NCBI GenBank assembly: GCA_963665235.2
Contig: CAXXLX010000002.1
Span: forward strand, 544,001-608,000
DNA length: 64,000 bases
From: Candidatus Poribacteria bacterium
GTDB taxonomy: Bacteria > Poribacteria > WGA-4E > WGA-3G
Direction of reading: 5' to 3'
Position 1 is the first letter of the stretch; every line of letters starts with the position of its first letter. Positions 46,753 to 57,353 of the stretch are shown here, piece after piece. Position numbers and translations under genes: made by a program. The notes beneath the pieces are model-generated. The model searched no databases and was not told the origin of the DNA. It was given only the letters and a program-made list of their open reading frames with translations.

Positions 46753-47648
46753 GAGGCTCCTAACGTTTCCCTCCATGTTTTCGCTGCCTTGAGTAGAGAT
46801 TCAATCTCGGTAGAATTCCCATTTTGGAGTAACGTTTTAAATTCGCCTAGTTTCTCCATTACGTCATCAATACGTGTCAGAAGGATAGATGCATTCTGTT
46901 CAAAAATATCGGTCCACATTGCGGGTGGTCCCGCTGCAATCCGGGTTGTGTCTCGAAATCCAGTTGCTGCGAAATCCAATGCGTTTCCAGAATCTGTTTT
47001 AACCCCGGCCACGCTGTTAGTGAGCACACTTGCAATAAGATGTGGCAGATGACTCGCCGCCCCGATAAGTAAATCGTGCATGTCTGGAGCAAGGAGATGC
47101 GTTTTTGCACCTACGAATGCCCACAGGTTTGTAATAAGTTGTAGCGCGTGAGCATCTGTATCGACTGTCGGTGTCAGAATACACTTCGCGTTCTCAAAAA
47201 GGGTAGCCTGTGCTGCATCCACCCCGGTTTCGTGTGAACCCGCCATCGGGTGCCCCCCGACAAAAGAGAGCCCAACCGAATCTCGCGTGTGCAAAAACGT
47301 CTCAACCGATTTCACTAACGTTGCTTTCGTACTGCCCACATCCGTAATCACGATGGGGTGTTGCTGTGTGTCAACAACTTTTGCAATACGTTCCACAAAT
47401 ACTGGAATCAGTGCTACCGGTGTACAGAGCACAACGATGTCGCTCTCGCGAAGTCCTACTGTCAATTCAGTGGTCACCGAATCAACGGCATCTCGCTGCA
47501 GTGCGCGTTTGAGTCTTTCGGTGTTGCGTCCGAGCCCGATGCGTTGTCCCTGAAACCCGTTCGCTTTCAGAGCCAACCCAAGTGAGCCCCCGATTAAACC
47601 GACTCCCCATATCGTAATCCGTTGAATTTGTTGTACGTTAGTAAACAT
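46749..47648 (-). CDS. tyrA: Prephenate dehydrogenase
   Basis: GVGLIGGS, DVGSTK, GGHPMAG, SHLPH, GFRDTTRIA. Confidence 0.93.
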   Translation of the reverse strand: MFTNVQQIQRITIWGVGLIGGSLGLALKANGFQGQRIGLGRNTERLKRALQRDAVDSVTTELTVGLRESDIVVLCTPVALIPVFVERIAKVVDTQQHPIVITDVGSTKATLVKSVETFLHTRDSVGLSFVGGHPMAGSHETGVDAAQATLFENAKCILTPTVDTDAHALQLITNLWAFVGAKTHLLAPDMHDLLIGAASHLPHLIASVLTNSVAGVKTDSGNALDFAATGFRDTTRIAAGPPAMWTDIFEQNASILLTRIDDVMEKLGEFKTLLQNGNSTEIESLLKAAKTWRETLGAS

Positions 47649-47920
47649 CTCTTTTCCTAAAAATCTCTCAAATATCACCTTGCTGCATGCCCAACATGCA
47701 AACCTCGTTAAGATTATACCATTTTTTGTATAAAAACGCATTTTTTTGTTCCAGAAAAAAATTAAAACGAATTAATAAAATTGTGCTATAATAAAATAAT
47801 ACTCAATCCGTTTTCCGGAATTGCGGTCCGATCCGGAAAAACAGTTTTTGATAGACGCGAACAACCAAGAACAGACCTTGCTTTGACGCGTCCTAAACGC
47901 AAATGGAAAGGAATTGAACC

Positions 47921-48901
47921 ATGATAAAATGTGCACTTATCAGCGGAAGAGGGATGGGGATGATGCACGGTGGAAACTTCCACAATCATCCGGATGCAGA
48001 GGTAATCGCGGTGTGTGATATGGATGCCGGCCTCCTCGCGAAAGCGAAAGAACACTTCGGTGTGCCAGGGTATCCAACAATAGAAGAACTATTAGCCAAC
48101 TGTGATGCGGACGTGATTCTCCTGATTGTCAACGAGACACGACGTATCCCCCCGTTACGTGAATTGCTTGAAGCGGGACAGAACGTTTTTACAGAGAAAC
48201 CTTTGTGCGGTTTACAGGGGCAAGCCCGGGTGCGTGAAGCAGACCTCGCTATTGCAGCGCCGGCTATCGCCACGTGGCGCGACTCCGGCCTAAAATTCGG
48301 TATTGACTACAATTACCGCTTTATGCACCACTTCAGAAAACTCCACGAAGATGTTGTAGAGGACCGATTGGGCGAAATTCGGATGATACATGCACGCGCA
48401 CACTTTAACTGCTGGTCACATATCATCGACCAAATCCTCTGGAATATGGGCACGCCTGAGTGGGTCAGTGTTGTTGGCGACCCCACTCAAAGTGGTGGCT
48501 GGCAACGCCTCATTCATATCGGTTGGGCAAACGGCGTAACCGGGACGCTCACCGGGACGAACCTCTGGGGATACGATGACCACCCGCTCCGCGTCAAAAT
48601 CCTTGGAGACAAATCTTATGCTGAAGCGAAAGGCTTAGATGGGGCTTACCTTCGACGCAAAGCTAACAACTCTGAAGTAGAGGAAAGTTGGGAAAACGAA
48701 CCCGGTAACCCTGAAATGCCCGAATCCTTTAAGCGGATGGCTGACGGCGTAATCAAAGCGATGCAGGCTGACGAACCGTTTCCAGCAGATGGTGAAGCAG
48801 CATGGAATGAACTTCTGTTTGAAGCAGCAGTCCATCGCTCCGCTTTGCAGAACGGCGCACGTGTTTTTCTCGCTGATGTAGACAGAGCCGCTTTTGTGTA
48901 A
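47921..48901 (+). CDS. Gfo/Idh/MocA oxidoreductase
   Basis: N-terminal Rossmann fold, EKP, NYRF, H..D. Confidence 0.88.
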   Translation: MIKCALISGRGMGMMHGGNFHNHPDAEVIAVCDMDAGLLAKAKEHFGVPGYPTIEELLANCDADVILLIVNETRRIPPLRELLEAGQNVFTEKPLCGLQGQARVREADLAIAAPAIATWRDSGLKFGIDYNYRFMHHFRKLHEDVVEDRLGEIRMIHARAHFNCWSHIIDQILWNMGTPEWVSVVGDPTQSGGWQRLIHIGWANGVTGTLTGTNLWGYDDHPLRVKILGDKSYAEAKGLDGAYLRRKANNSEVEESWENEPGNPEMPESFKRMADGVIKAMQADEPFPADGEAAWNELLFEAAVHRSALQNGARVFLADVDRAAFV

Positions 48902-49006
48902 CGAACATTGGGAGGCGCGGAAAAAACCGCGCCCCTCTCAAAAACCGCCCGGAAAGGGCAACACAGATGATTTTAACTATTGTAAACTATTGTAAAGGAG
49001 GAGACA

Positions 49007-49240
49007 ATGTACGAATTAGATATTATCCGACACCTTACAGAGAAAGCTGCAAAGGAAAACGCACTGAAATACATCTTTGAAGTGTTAACCCTTCGCTTGC
49101 AGCCCGACACTGCGCTTCGTTTCAAACTTGCCCTGGAACAAATCGACGATTTGGAGCGGCTTGAGGTGTTGCTCCGTGCTGCTGTTTTGGCGAACACCCC
49201 CGAAGACTTCGAGCAGGTCCTAGAAGAGAATGGGAATTGA
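49007..49240 (+). CDS. Rpn-type C-terminal domain mini-protein
   Basis: AAGGAGG RBS; ..I.EVL..R....ALEQIDDLERLEVLLRAAV.A....F. Confidence 0.6.
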   Translation: MYELDIIRHLTEKAAKENALKYIFEVLTLRLQPDTALRFKLALEQIDDLERLEVLLRAAVLANTPEDFEQVLEENGN

Positions 49241-49397
49241 ATAGCAAGCCGACTCTTAACAAACCGGGAGCCCAAGAGTCATATCTCTTGACACACGTCA
49301 GAAACCTGCTTAGAATCACAACATCTTGCCAGGAGAGAAAATAATGAAAATCGCAGATTTTCATCTATCATTTGCTAATTGCCAAAAAAGGAGCGCC

Positions 49398-50156
49398 ATG
49401 CAACAAACACAGCTCTTTCACGCTTACACCTTCGACGAACAGGAGCGAAACGCCTTAGACCTTGATGGACATTATATATTCCCTGAACTCCTTACCGCCG
49501 ATGCACAGAGCCGATTAACCAAATCATTAGCTCGGATTCAATCCCTAATACCTAACTGTAAGGAGGGACATGAACCGAACCGATTTGCAGCCGAATACGA
49601 CAGCTATCTCGAAAGCTTGATTGCCCATCCACAGATGCTGGAACTGATTAGAAAAGTGCTCGGAGACGACATCCGATATGACCACTGCGTCAGTCTCAAT
49701 CGCCCCGGGGGCAATGGCGGCATCGGTTGGCATAGCCACCGCTACTCCGATGATGATCCGGCCTACGGATTCGTTCGTATCTTCTTTTATGTCAACGGAT
49801 TCGAGGCGGATGATGGGGGTTTGAAGGCAGTACCAGGAAGCCATCTTTACCGTGATAGCGGCATCCATGGCAGGACAGATGAGGCATTGCAAGAAGGCTG
49901 GTTGGCAGGAAAAACCCATCTACAAACAGGCGAACCTTTACAGATTCAGAAATTAACCGTCCCAAACGGAACGGTTATATTGATGTGGACACATGCCGCT
50001 CACGCTGTAAGTGCCAGAAAACAGGATAGCGATACACGATGGACAGTCGTCTACGGCTATCGCAACCCCGGTAAACCCTGTACCCCGTGGATTACACCAG
50101 AATTTGAACGCAAACCTATCCCCGGCGCAGAAGGATTGATCTCCCTCGAGCCGTAA
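49398..50156 (+). CDS. PhyH family dioxygenase (HxH variant)
   Basis: LDLDGHY, WHSH, DGGL.AVPGSH, HAV; AAGGAG RBS. Confidence 0.85.
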   Translation: MQQTQLFHAYTFDEQERNALDLDGHYIFPELLTADAQSRLTKSLARIQSLIPNCKEGHEPNRFAAEYDSYLESLIAHPQMLELIRKVLGDDIRYDHCVSLNRPGGNGGIGWHSHRYSDDDPAYGFVRIFFYVNGFEADDGGLKAVPGSHLYRDSGIHGRTDEALQEGWLAGKTHLQTGEPLQIQKLTVPNGTVILMWTHAAHAVSARKQDSDTRWTVVYGYRNPGKPCTPWITPEFERKPIPGAEGLISLEP

Positions 50157-50172
50157 CCAACGCAAAATCGTA

Positions 50173-51588
50173 ATGTCACAGAAAAAACCGCATATCCTAT
50201 TACTCATCAACGATGAACACCGGCCAGACATATTGCCGATTGAAGGGGACACAGCCATCCGCACCCCCACACTGTCGCGATTTATGGATGAGGGCACATA
50301 TTTCCGAAATGCCTATACGCCTTCACCTGTCTGTGTGCCAGCACGACAAAGTTTTCTCTCAGGTTTATACCCCCGCAATTGCGGATGCCTAAACTTTGGC
50401 GACCCGATGCCGACAGAGGTACGAACTATTCCTGGGCACCTCGGCAACTACGGGTATTATTCATGCTGTGCGGGAAAAATGCATTTTGTCGGCACTGATG
50501 TCATGCACGGTTGGCACGAACGCATCGGGCGCGATATTATCGGTAATAACGGATACCCCTATCCCGCTGTAAAGGACGAACACACCGCCCAAATTGAAAG
50601 AGAGCCGGGCACAGGCATGAAACGGAACAAGAACGCGCAAGAGATACGAGACGCACAACCCGGTATAGGGCATTGGATGCTACACGATGGATACACCGTG
50701 GATGGCGCGTTGCTGTTCCTTGAGGAGTTTTTCGTTAACGCCTCCTATGATAGACCCAAGGCGAACCCGCTCTGTATGGCTGTTAGCTTGTGGGCACCAC
50801 ATTATCCGTATCAGTGTCCGCTTGAATTGTTCAATTACTACATGCAGCGCGTCCAGCCCATTGTTGAAGAACCGAACGACAAATTTGAATACGATAACTT
50901 CTTTAGAGTTGAGGTGGGTAAGGATGTCACCTACCGTCAGGCACACCGCGCAACCGCGGCTTACTACGGTATGATTGAGTGGATGGATGCACAGTTCGGT
51001 AGAGTCATTGAGAAATTGGAACATCTGAATGTACTTGACGATTTTGTTGTCGTCTTTCTTTCGGACCACGGTGAGATGTTGGGAACGAAAGGCCTCTGGG
51101 AAAAGCAGAGTTATTTTGAAGCGTCCGCCCGTGTTCCGCTTTCAATCTGGTATCCGAGGCGGTTCGGACGAGAGCCGAAGATAGTTCAGCAGAACGTATC
51201 ATTAGTCGATCTCTTTCCCACGCTGTGTGAATTAGCCGAAATTCCTGCTCCGGAGGAGCTTGATGGCAAATCCCTCGTGCCCCTGATTGAAGGCAACGCG
51301 GCCGACTGGCATGATACGGTCTATAGTGAACTCTGGCGTGCTCAAAACGGGCCTTCTGTGATGGTCAAAGAGGGTAGTTTAAAATATTTCCGTTTCGACA
51401 ACGGTAAAGGCTGGCCCGAACAACTTTTCAATCTAGCTGAAGACCCGGACGAACGGGACAATCTGATAGATGCTCCTGCATACACCGATGCGCTCAAACG
51501 CCTACGTGCAAAAGCAGATGCATTACCCTCCCCTCGCCGCAAGGATAAAAATAACCGTTTCATTGACTCGCACCATCCCATTCTATGA
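50173..51588 (+). CDS. Cys-type sulfatase (choline-sulfatase-like)
   Basis: SPVCVPAR, GKMHF, PHYPY, SDHGE, KGLWEK. Confidence 0.92.
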   Translation: MSQKKPHILLLINDEHRPDILPIEGDTAIRTPTLSRFMDEGTYFRNAYTPSPVCVPARQSFLSGLYPRNCGCLNFGDPMPTEVRTIPGHLGNYGYYSCCAGKMHFVGTDVMHGWHERIGRDIIGNNGYPYPAVKDEHTAQIEREPGTGMKRNKNAQEIRDAQPGIGHWMLHDGYTVDGALLFLEEFFVNASYDRPKANPLCMAVSLWAPHYPYQCPLELFNYYMQRVQPIVEEPNDKFEYDNFFRVEVGKDVTYRQAHRATAAYYGMIEWMDAQFGRVIEKLEHLNVLDDFVVVFLSDHGEMLGTKGLWEKQSYFEASARVPLSIWYPRRFGREPKIVQQNVSLVDLFPTLCELAEIPAPEELDGKSLVPLIEGNAADWHDTVYSELWRAQNGPSVMVKEGSLKYFRFDNGKGWPEQLFNLAEDPDERDNLIDAPAYTDALKRLRAKADALPSPRRKDKNNRFIDSHHPIL

Positions 51589-51654
51589 AGATTAATTTTT
51601 TTAAATGTAAACTAGGGAAACCAGTCATTCATAAAGGGCAGAAACACCCGCGCC

Positions 51655-51865
51655 TATAAACATTTCGCCCCTAAGGCGCAGGCTGTTTGCCCGAATACTA
51701 GAAGAAAGGTATCGCGTGCACGGTTTGCTCCTACAGTCGTGTGCACGGCACGCTCCTACAGTCGCGTGCACAGCACGCTCCTACATAAGAGGTGGACAGT
51801 CGCACGTGCACAGCACGCTCCTACATAAGAGGTGGACAGGCACGTGCACGGCACGCTCCTACATA
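51655..51865. repeat. REP cluster (about five GCACGCTCCTAC units plus a CTATAAACAT unit)
   Basis: Same families as at 15437 and 40282. Confidence 0.8.
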
Positions 51866-51917
51866 ACACGTTAAGGACAAAAACTTTACACACCTCTGGA
51901 ACCGTCGAAAAATATGC

Positions 51918-51947
51918 TTGACAAATATTCTATGGATTTGGTATAAT
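51918..51947 (+). promoter_or_regulatory. sigma70-type promoter
   Basis: TTGACA-18 nt-TATAAT. Confidence 0.65.
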
Positions 51948-52041
51948 AAGACGTTATGTTAGAATACATATAGAGAAATTTATTTTTCAGAGGGGTAGGT
52001 CAAAACACATCACCTATTGCTAGTCAAGGATATGCACATTT

Positions 52042-53223
52042 ATGTTAATAGCGGATAAAATCCAATTTTTACAGAAAACTGAACTTTTTGTGGAGCTTCC
52101 CGAGGCAGGGTTAAAATCCATCTGCGATATTGCAGACGAGGTTACCTATCCAGCCGATTATACTGTCTTTGAAGAGGGAGCAGAAGGCGATTCGCTCTAT
52201 CTGCTGGTTGATGGAGAAGTTCGTGTCATCAAAGCAGAGACGGAAGTCTTATCCTTCAACAAAAAGGGGTATTGCCTCGGTGAGATTGCCCTTATTGATG
52301 ATAAACCGCGGAGCGCGACGATACAGACGGTTCGGCCGACACGTTTTCTCCGAATCACACGGGATGACTTTTACCGAGTCCTCGCGCATGAGCCGCTTAT
52401 CGGGAGAGGCATGTTTCGCGTACTCAACAGTAAAATTCGGCACGACCTTGAAATTCAGATGAGTGCTATCCGAAAGCAGGTTGCACAAGAAGAGTCCATG
52501 CGACTGGCGGCGGCTGTCCAGCAATCTATCCTGCCGGACAAGGAGATTGAACATCCGTGCCTGACTTCTGCCGGCCATTGCCAACCGACAAATAGTGTTG
52601 GCGGAGACTATTACGATTATCTCTATCTTCCCAACGGCCGAGTCGCAATCTTTATCGGCGATGTGATGGGACACGGATTTCATTCCGCCCTGGTCGCAGC
52701 GATGATCAAAAGTTGTTTACAAACACAAATACGATTTGACGCTTCGGTACCCGAAGTGATGAAGGCGGTCACGCGAGTCACAGCGGAGGATACCCAAACG
52801 TTTATCTATATGACATGTTGCTACGTTATCGTTCATACTGATAGGTGCTTAGAGTTCGCGAACGCCGGGCACCCGCCGATGCTGCTTGCTCGCGCCGATA
52901 GCGAAGCCATCGTTGAATTGGATTCTCAATTTATACCGGTCGGCCTCGCTTTACCGGATAAACGGATGCAAACACCCTATCACAGCACCGAAACGACCTG
53001 GGGCCCGGGCGACCTTCTTGTGCTTTATTCAGATGGTATTACGGAAGCCTTTAATTCGAACAATGAAATGTATGGTCTGGAACGACTCAAAAACCTCTTG
53101 TCTGAAAAACGGCACCTGTCCGCTGTTGAAATCCGTAAGGAGATATTGGCGAATCTTGAGGCACATCAGCAAGGCGCACTCCCGCATGACGATATTGCGT
53201 TAGTTGTTATAAAATTTCAGTGA
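52042..53223 (+). CDS. cNMP-binding domain plus PP2C (SpoIIE) phosphatase
   Basis: GEIAL...PRSAT; VGGDYYD, GDVMGHG, YSDGITE, DDI. Confidence 0.92.
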   Translation: MLIADKIQFLQKTELFVELPEAGLKSICDIADEVTYPADYTVFEEGAEGDSLYLLVDGEVRVIKAETEVLSFNKKGYCLGEIALIDDKPRSATIQTVRPTRFLRITRDDFYRVLAHEPLIGRGMFRVLNSKIRHDLEIQMSAIRKQVAQEESMRLAAAVQQSILPDKEIEHPCLTSAGHCQPTNSVGGDYYDYLYLPNGRVAIFIGDVMGHGFHSALVAAMIKSCLQTQIRFDASVPEVMKAVTRVTAEDTQTFIYMTCCYVIVHTDRCLEFANAGHPPMLLARADSEAIVELDSQFIPVGLALPDKRMQTPYHSTETTWGPGDLLVLYSDGITEAFNSNNEMYGLERLKNLLSEKRHLSAVEIRKEILANLEAHQQGALPHDDIALVVIKFQ

Positions 53224-53246
53224 CCCGAGTGGAAACCGTTGCAGTG

Positions 53247-54473
53247 CTACTTCTTCGGGGGCTCCTTGAGTTGACCGACTGCATAATGGATAATATTTTC
53301 CATGAAATCTTTGTTGATGAATGCTCTGCTCCGGTCATCGTTTCGGAGGCTGGTGATAATGTATAACCCTTTGCCATGTCGCCGCATACCGGCAACCAAT
53401 TCTTTATTTTCTTGGGTTATCGCGAAGATTTCATCCTGCTTTTCCCAATCTGTCCAGGCATCGTCAACATAGATTTTACCCGACACAATTTTGTTAGGGG
53501 TAGAAAAGAGGGTCCCCGCGTTTTTAGTAGCGATAAACTTTTGGGTTGGGCGACTTTCTACACCTTTCAATTTGCCCTCTAGCCAGCCGATGCCACAAGC
53601 TCTTTTGGGGGTGCTGTCCTGTCCAGAAACGATGGCGATACCGCCATCTTTGACGAATTTTTTGATTTTTTGCTCCGTTGCTCGGGTGAGGAGATAGCGT
53701 CCGAAACTTGAAATCTCTTCATAACCAATCCATAAAATATCAGCCTCCGCTAGGTTCGGCAGTTTCCGACTTTTAGTGGCTTCATACGCCACGGGCCGTT
53801 TGCCAACCTTTTTGGCTGAGCGCAACGCTTGATACTCATAAGTAACAGTGTTGGTATGAACAGGGGTCTGCCCCCACGTCGGGGATGTGCTATTTCCTGT
53901 TAGGACTAAAACCTTTACGGTATTTTTCTGTGCACCAACCCACATTTTTCCGGCTAACATGTCGCGAACCAGCTTTTGGAACGTTTTTGTAGTGCCATCA
54001 AATGTGCGCGACATCATTGGGTCAATATGTGTGAAACTCCACCAGGAGGTGGTGCTTCTGCCGCCATGTGCACGCATTTGAAACCAGGTTTCGTCGATGA
54101 AACACATACTATCAATACCGTAGTGTTCTCTGTAAAAAACGATAATGGGCATTCCGGGTTTAAGCAGGCTCAGCAATTTTTGCGGTGAGGTGCCGCGCTT
54201 ATACTGACCGGTAGAGAAATTCATCTTAATCTCATTGCGCCGGCTTTTGCCTTTCACATCTTCCTTAACTTGAACGATACCGGTCATCCGACGTTTGTCA
54301 ATACTTTTGACTTCTCCGAAAACGATGTTTGTGCAAGCATCCACAACCTCGCGAATCGTATATTCACGTTCGATAAAGCTTTGTGCTGGTTGTGCAGCGA
54401 AAAAACTGAGCAGAAAAAGCGACATAATCAAAACTGTAAGGGTGTTTCTAAAACGCATCATTGTGCCTCCCAT
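53247..54473 (-). CDS. Hypothetical secreted protein
   Basis: Signal peptide; C-terminal GATase1/ThuA-like pattern (FVKDGG). Confidence 0.75.
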   Translation of the reverse strand: MGGTMMRFRNTLTVLIMSLFLLSFFAAQPAQSFIEREYTIREVVDACTNIVFGEVKSIDKRRMTGIVQVKEDVKGKSRRNEIKMNFSTGQYKRGTSPQKLLSLLKPGMPIIVFYREHYGIDSMCFIDETWFQMRAHGGRSTTSWWSFTHIDPMMSRTFDGTTKTFQKLVRDMLAGKMWVGAQKNTVKVLVLTGNSTSPTWGQTPVHTNTVTYEYQALRSAKKVGKRPVAYEATKSRKLPNLAEADILWIGYEEISSFGRYLLTRATEQKIKKFVKDGGIAIVSGQDSTPKRACGIGWLEGKLKGVESRPTQKFIATKNAGTLFSTPNKIVSGKIYVDDAWTDWEKQDEIFAITQENKELVAGMRRHGKGLYIITSLRNDDRSRAFINKDFMENIIHYAVGQLKEPPKK

Positions 54474-54562
54474 AGTCTATGTTCTTAATAGTTTTTACCA
54501 TACATTAAATTTTATCACATTTCATGCCAATCTGACAACAATTTTCTCTTGAAGGAAGAAAT

Positions 54563-55510
54563 ATGAAAAAACGTTTGAAGCCGATTGATATTGCTAACGT
54601 CAAGACGTATCCACTTGAGCATCGCATCAATAAGGTCTCCGTTGACGATTTTGCAACGTTGCCAGAGGGAGCGGTAAACTTGGAACCGTTCTTGGCAAGC
54701 CTGCCGAATATCCTAAAGGCACCGGATTTTTTACGGCTCGTCGACGACATCGTTGCTGCACATCAGAACGAAAAACCGGTTCTCGTCATGATGGGCGGGC
54801 ATGTCATCAAGTGTGGGTTGAGCCCGCTTCTAATTGCACTTGCAAAGCGGGGTGTAATTACCGGATTTGCGTTTAACGGTGCAAGTAGCATTCACGACTT
54901 TGAAATTGCCCTCATTGGAGAGACCTCGGAGGACGTGTCGGCATATTTACAGACCGGACAATTTGGTATGTGGGAGGAGACAGGAAAATTGATGAACGCA
55001 GCGATTCAAAATGCCGCGGCTAGTGGCATCGGCATGGGGAAAGCGTTGGGCAGCCACCTGATAAAAATGGAGGCACACTACAACGATTACAGTCTGCTCG
55101 CCACCGCTGTCCAATATGACATACCGATTACTGTCCATGTCGCTATCGGTACCGATATCATTCACCAGCATCCGGCTGCCGATGGAGCCGCTATCGGCGA
55201 GAGTAGTTTCACCGATTTTCGTCTGCTAACACAATTGGTAACACAGTTAGAGGGGGGCGGAGTCGTGCTTAATTTGGGGTCCGCTGTGATTCTGCCTGAG
55301 GTTTTTCTGAAGGCACTAACCATCGCACGAAACTTGGGGAATACCGTAGCACGTTTCACTGCTGCCAATTTTGATATGCAACAACAATATCGGCCTATAG
55401 AGAACGTTGTCAAACGGCCGACCGAGATGGGCGGTAAAGGTTATACGTTCACTGGACATCACGAATTGATGGTGCCGCTTTTAATACAGGCTGTGCTATC
55501 TCGGTTGTAG
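54563..55510 (+). CDS. Deoxyhypusine-synthase-like fold conserved protein
   Basis: GGHVIK.GL, NGA..IHDFE, GTDI.H, GSAVILPEVF.K, GHHE. Confidence 0.7.
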   Translation: MKKRLKPIDIANVKTYPLEHRINKVSVDDFATLPEGAVNLEPFLASLPNILKAPDFLRLVDDIVAAHQNEKPVLVMMGGHVIKCGLSPLLIALAKRGVITGFAFNGASSIHDFEIALIGETSEDVSAYLQTGQFGMWEETGKLMNAAIQNAAASGIGMGKALGSHLIKMEAHYNDYSLLATAVQYDIPITVHVAIGTDIIHQHPAADGAAIGESSFTDFRLLTQLVTQLEGGGVVLNLGSAVILPEVFLKALTIARNLGNTVARFTAANFDMQQQYRPIENVVKRPTEMGGKGYTFTGHHELMVPLLIQAVLSRL

Positions 55511-55624
55511 TTTTGGCTGTTGGCAGAATTGGCAGTTAGCAGTTAGCAAGAGGGAGAGAGCTCTGAGGCGCGTCAAAGCACGTATTATAATCACAACCTC
55601 TTGCCAATAGCCATTTGCCAATAG

Positions 55625-55864
55625 CTAATTTTCATCATCTGCCGAACGCTTTTTATTCAGGAGAATCTGCATCGTCTTCGTACGTTTTTGTGTTGACGTG
55701 TCCGACCGATTCAGCTCTGATTTTAGTTCGACTAACGACGTGCGGATAGATTGCAACTTTGGCAACGATGGCCTTTGCAGATAAATTTTGAGCAACTTTT
55801 CCTTTTCTGTGCTATTTATTTCACCCCGCTCCTCAAGCATCTTACGATATGCTAAATAATCCAT
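55625..55864 (-). CDS. Small hypothetical protein
   Basis: GAGGGG RBS; follows the CYTH gene. Confidence 0.55.
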   Translation of the reverse strand: MDYLAYRKMLEERGEINSTEKEKLLKIYLQRPSLPKLQSIRTSLVELKSELNRSDTSTQKRTKTMQILLNKKRSADDEN

Positions 55865-55924
55865 GTTGAATCCCCCTCAATTTTGACCATGCGCGGCCCA
55901 TTGAATGTCGTGTCATGTCCTCTT

Positions 55925-56434
55925 TCAAACTTGTGCTATTTCACTGTAGGAAACAGCAATCGGTTCTGCTTTGTCTAGGTGAAGTGTCGTTTTAACGTGT
56001 TGATGTTCCGCTATCGCTTCGGCTTCAGTTTGTCCTTGAAAAACGGTCTCTAGTTCAACAAATTCTCCAAGCCCAGCCACAGTATCGAGATGAATTCGGG
56101 TGTTGTTGAACATCCAGACTGTCCGCTTTTTTTTGACGATTGTTTTTACGCCTAACGCAGCGGCTAAAAGTTTTTTGAGCTGTGCTGGTTCTGCAACTTC
56201 GCAGAGCTCATACAAACTATAGCGAGAATTCTCATGATTTGGCCGTTCATAGTAGATGAGCCAACCTTCAGCCGTTTCGTTCGTCTCACGTAATTTTAAT
56301 CTGCCTGTCTGGCTGTGAAAATATGTATCCACTTGATGGACGGTCTCTCGGTGCGTTGCCGCCAAGTCAGCAAGCCTCGGCTGGAGAGCTGCCAGCGATT
56401 CACACCGGACCTTGAACTCTAAGTTTTTTGCCAT
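55925..56434 (-). CDS. CYTH / class IV adenylate cyclase family protein
   Basis: NLEFK, QVDTYF, RLKLR, KKR, IHLD.V.GLG.FVELE, SY. Confidence 0.9.
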   Translation of the reverse strand: MAKNLEFKVRCESLAALQPRLADLAATHRETVHQVDTYFHSQTGRLKLRETNETAEGWLIYYERPNHENSRYSLYELCEVAEPAQLKKLLAAALGVKTIVKKKRTVWMFNNTRIHLDTVAGLGEFVELETVFQGQTEAEAIAEHQHVKTTLHLDKAEPIAVSYSEIAQV

Positions 56435-56452
56435 GCTATTCACGCAGCTGTT

Positions 56453-57064
56453 TTAGTCAGTCTCCAAAAAGTCTTCATCAAAATCTTCATCGGTTTGATA
56501 ACTATTGACGCACGAACGGTTGCAACGTTCACCGTGTTCTTGCAACCAGCAAACCCGATGTTTCAACCGAAGAGAGCTGATTAGACAGGTCCGTAACTGC
56601 TCCGGATCGAAATTATGTCCCAACAGATAGCTGTAACCGCCCTGTCGCATAGCCTGTCGGGCTCTGTAATCGTCTCTGGCAATCGTGATAACTTTAATAT
56701 GCGGTTGATACCTTCTGACGTATTCATAGATATCCCTGCGATGGTAGCGGGTGCAGTCCACAATTACCAATTGATACTTCGTTAGCTTCATTAACCCGAT
56801 TGCTTTGGCGGTCCGGTCGACGGCATCGCATCGGTAATTATCGGATTCAAGGACGCTTTTAATTTTGTCCCGGATGCCTCCATGTCGGGTAACAATCAGT
56901 ACTTCCCCGCGCAATTCAGAGATAGAAAGCTCCTTTTGAATGCTGAGCGGGGCAAGTGCCTCTTCGGCTTGCCAACTCAATCTTCTCCGTACGTCGCGCA
57001 TCCGTCGTTTTGCTTGGTTGACCCTTGACTCTAATTCTGGATTAGGTTTTTTTGCTCTTCGCAT
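56453..57064 (-). CDS. Atypical receiver-domain protein with a Cys-rich tail
   Basis: VLIV..YQLVIVD..IKVITI..GGYSYL; ends HRVC..ERCNRSC. Confidence 0.65.
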   Translation of the reverse strand: MRRAKKPNPELESRVNQAKRRMRDVRRRLSWQAEEALAPLSIQKELSISELRGEVLIVTRHGGIRDKIKSVLESDNYRCDAVDRTAKAIGLMKLTKYQLVIVDCTRYHRRDIYEYVRRYQPHIKVITIARDDYRARQAMRQGGYSYLLGHNFDPEQLRTCLISSLRLKHRVCWLQEHGERCNRSCVNSYQTDEDFDEDFLETD

Positions 57065-57353
57065 AATTTAATATACCTTAAAAACATATCATTCTTCAAA
57101 AAATTCGTGAATTCCCGGTGTCTGTCAGCGAGTCCGAACTCGCGATTACATCCTTAAGATGGGGTGCCCCGATTTTTTTCTTGCGAAAAAATGCACCATG
57201 CTATAAAATAGCAGTAGGTTTTCACGAATATGTTTAGTTTTACGCTCGTCATGTATATATGACACATTAAATCTAAAAAGGATAGAAAAAAAATATCTCA
57301 TTTTGTCTCTGTTGTATATTATACACTTATTTAGCTAAAAAGGATGCAAAAAA

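Noticed and set aside
54563-55510. EF-P modification system (DHS-like gene plus efp)
   Set aside because: The genes are about 30 kb apart and the DHS-like assignment is at fold level only.
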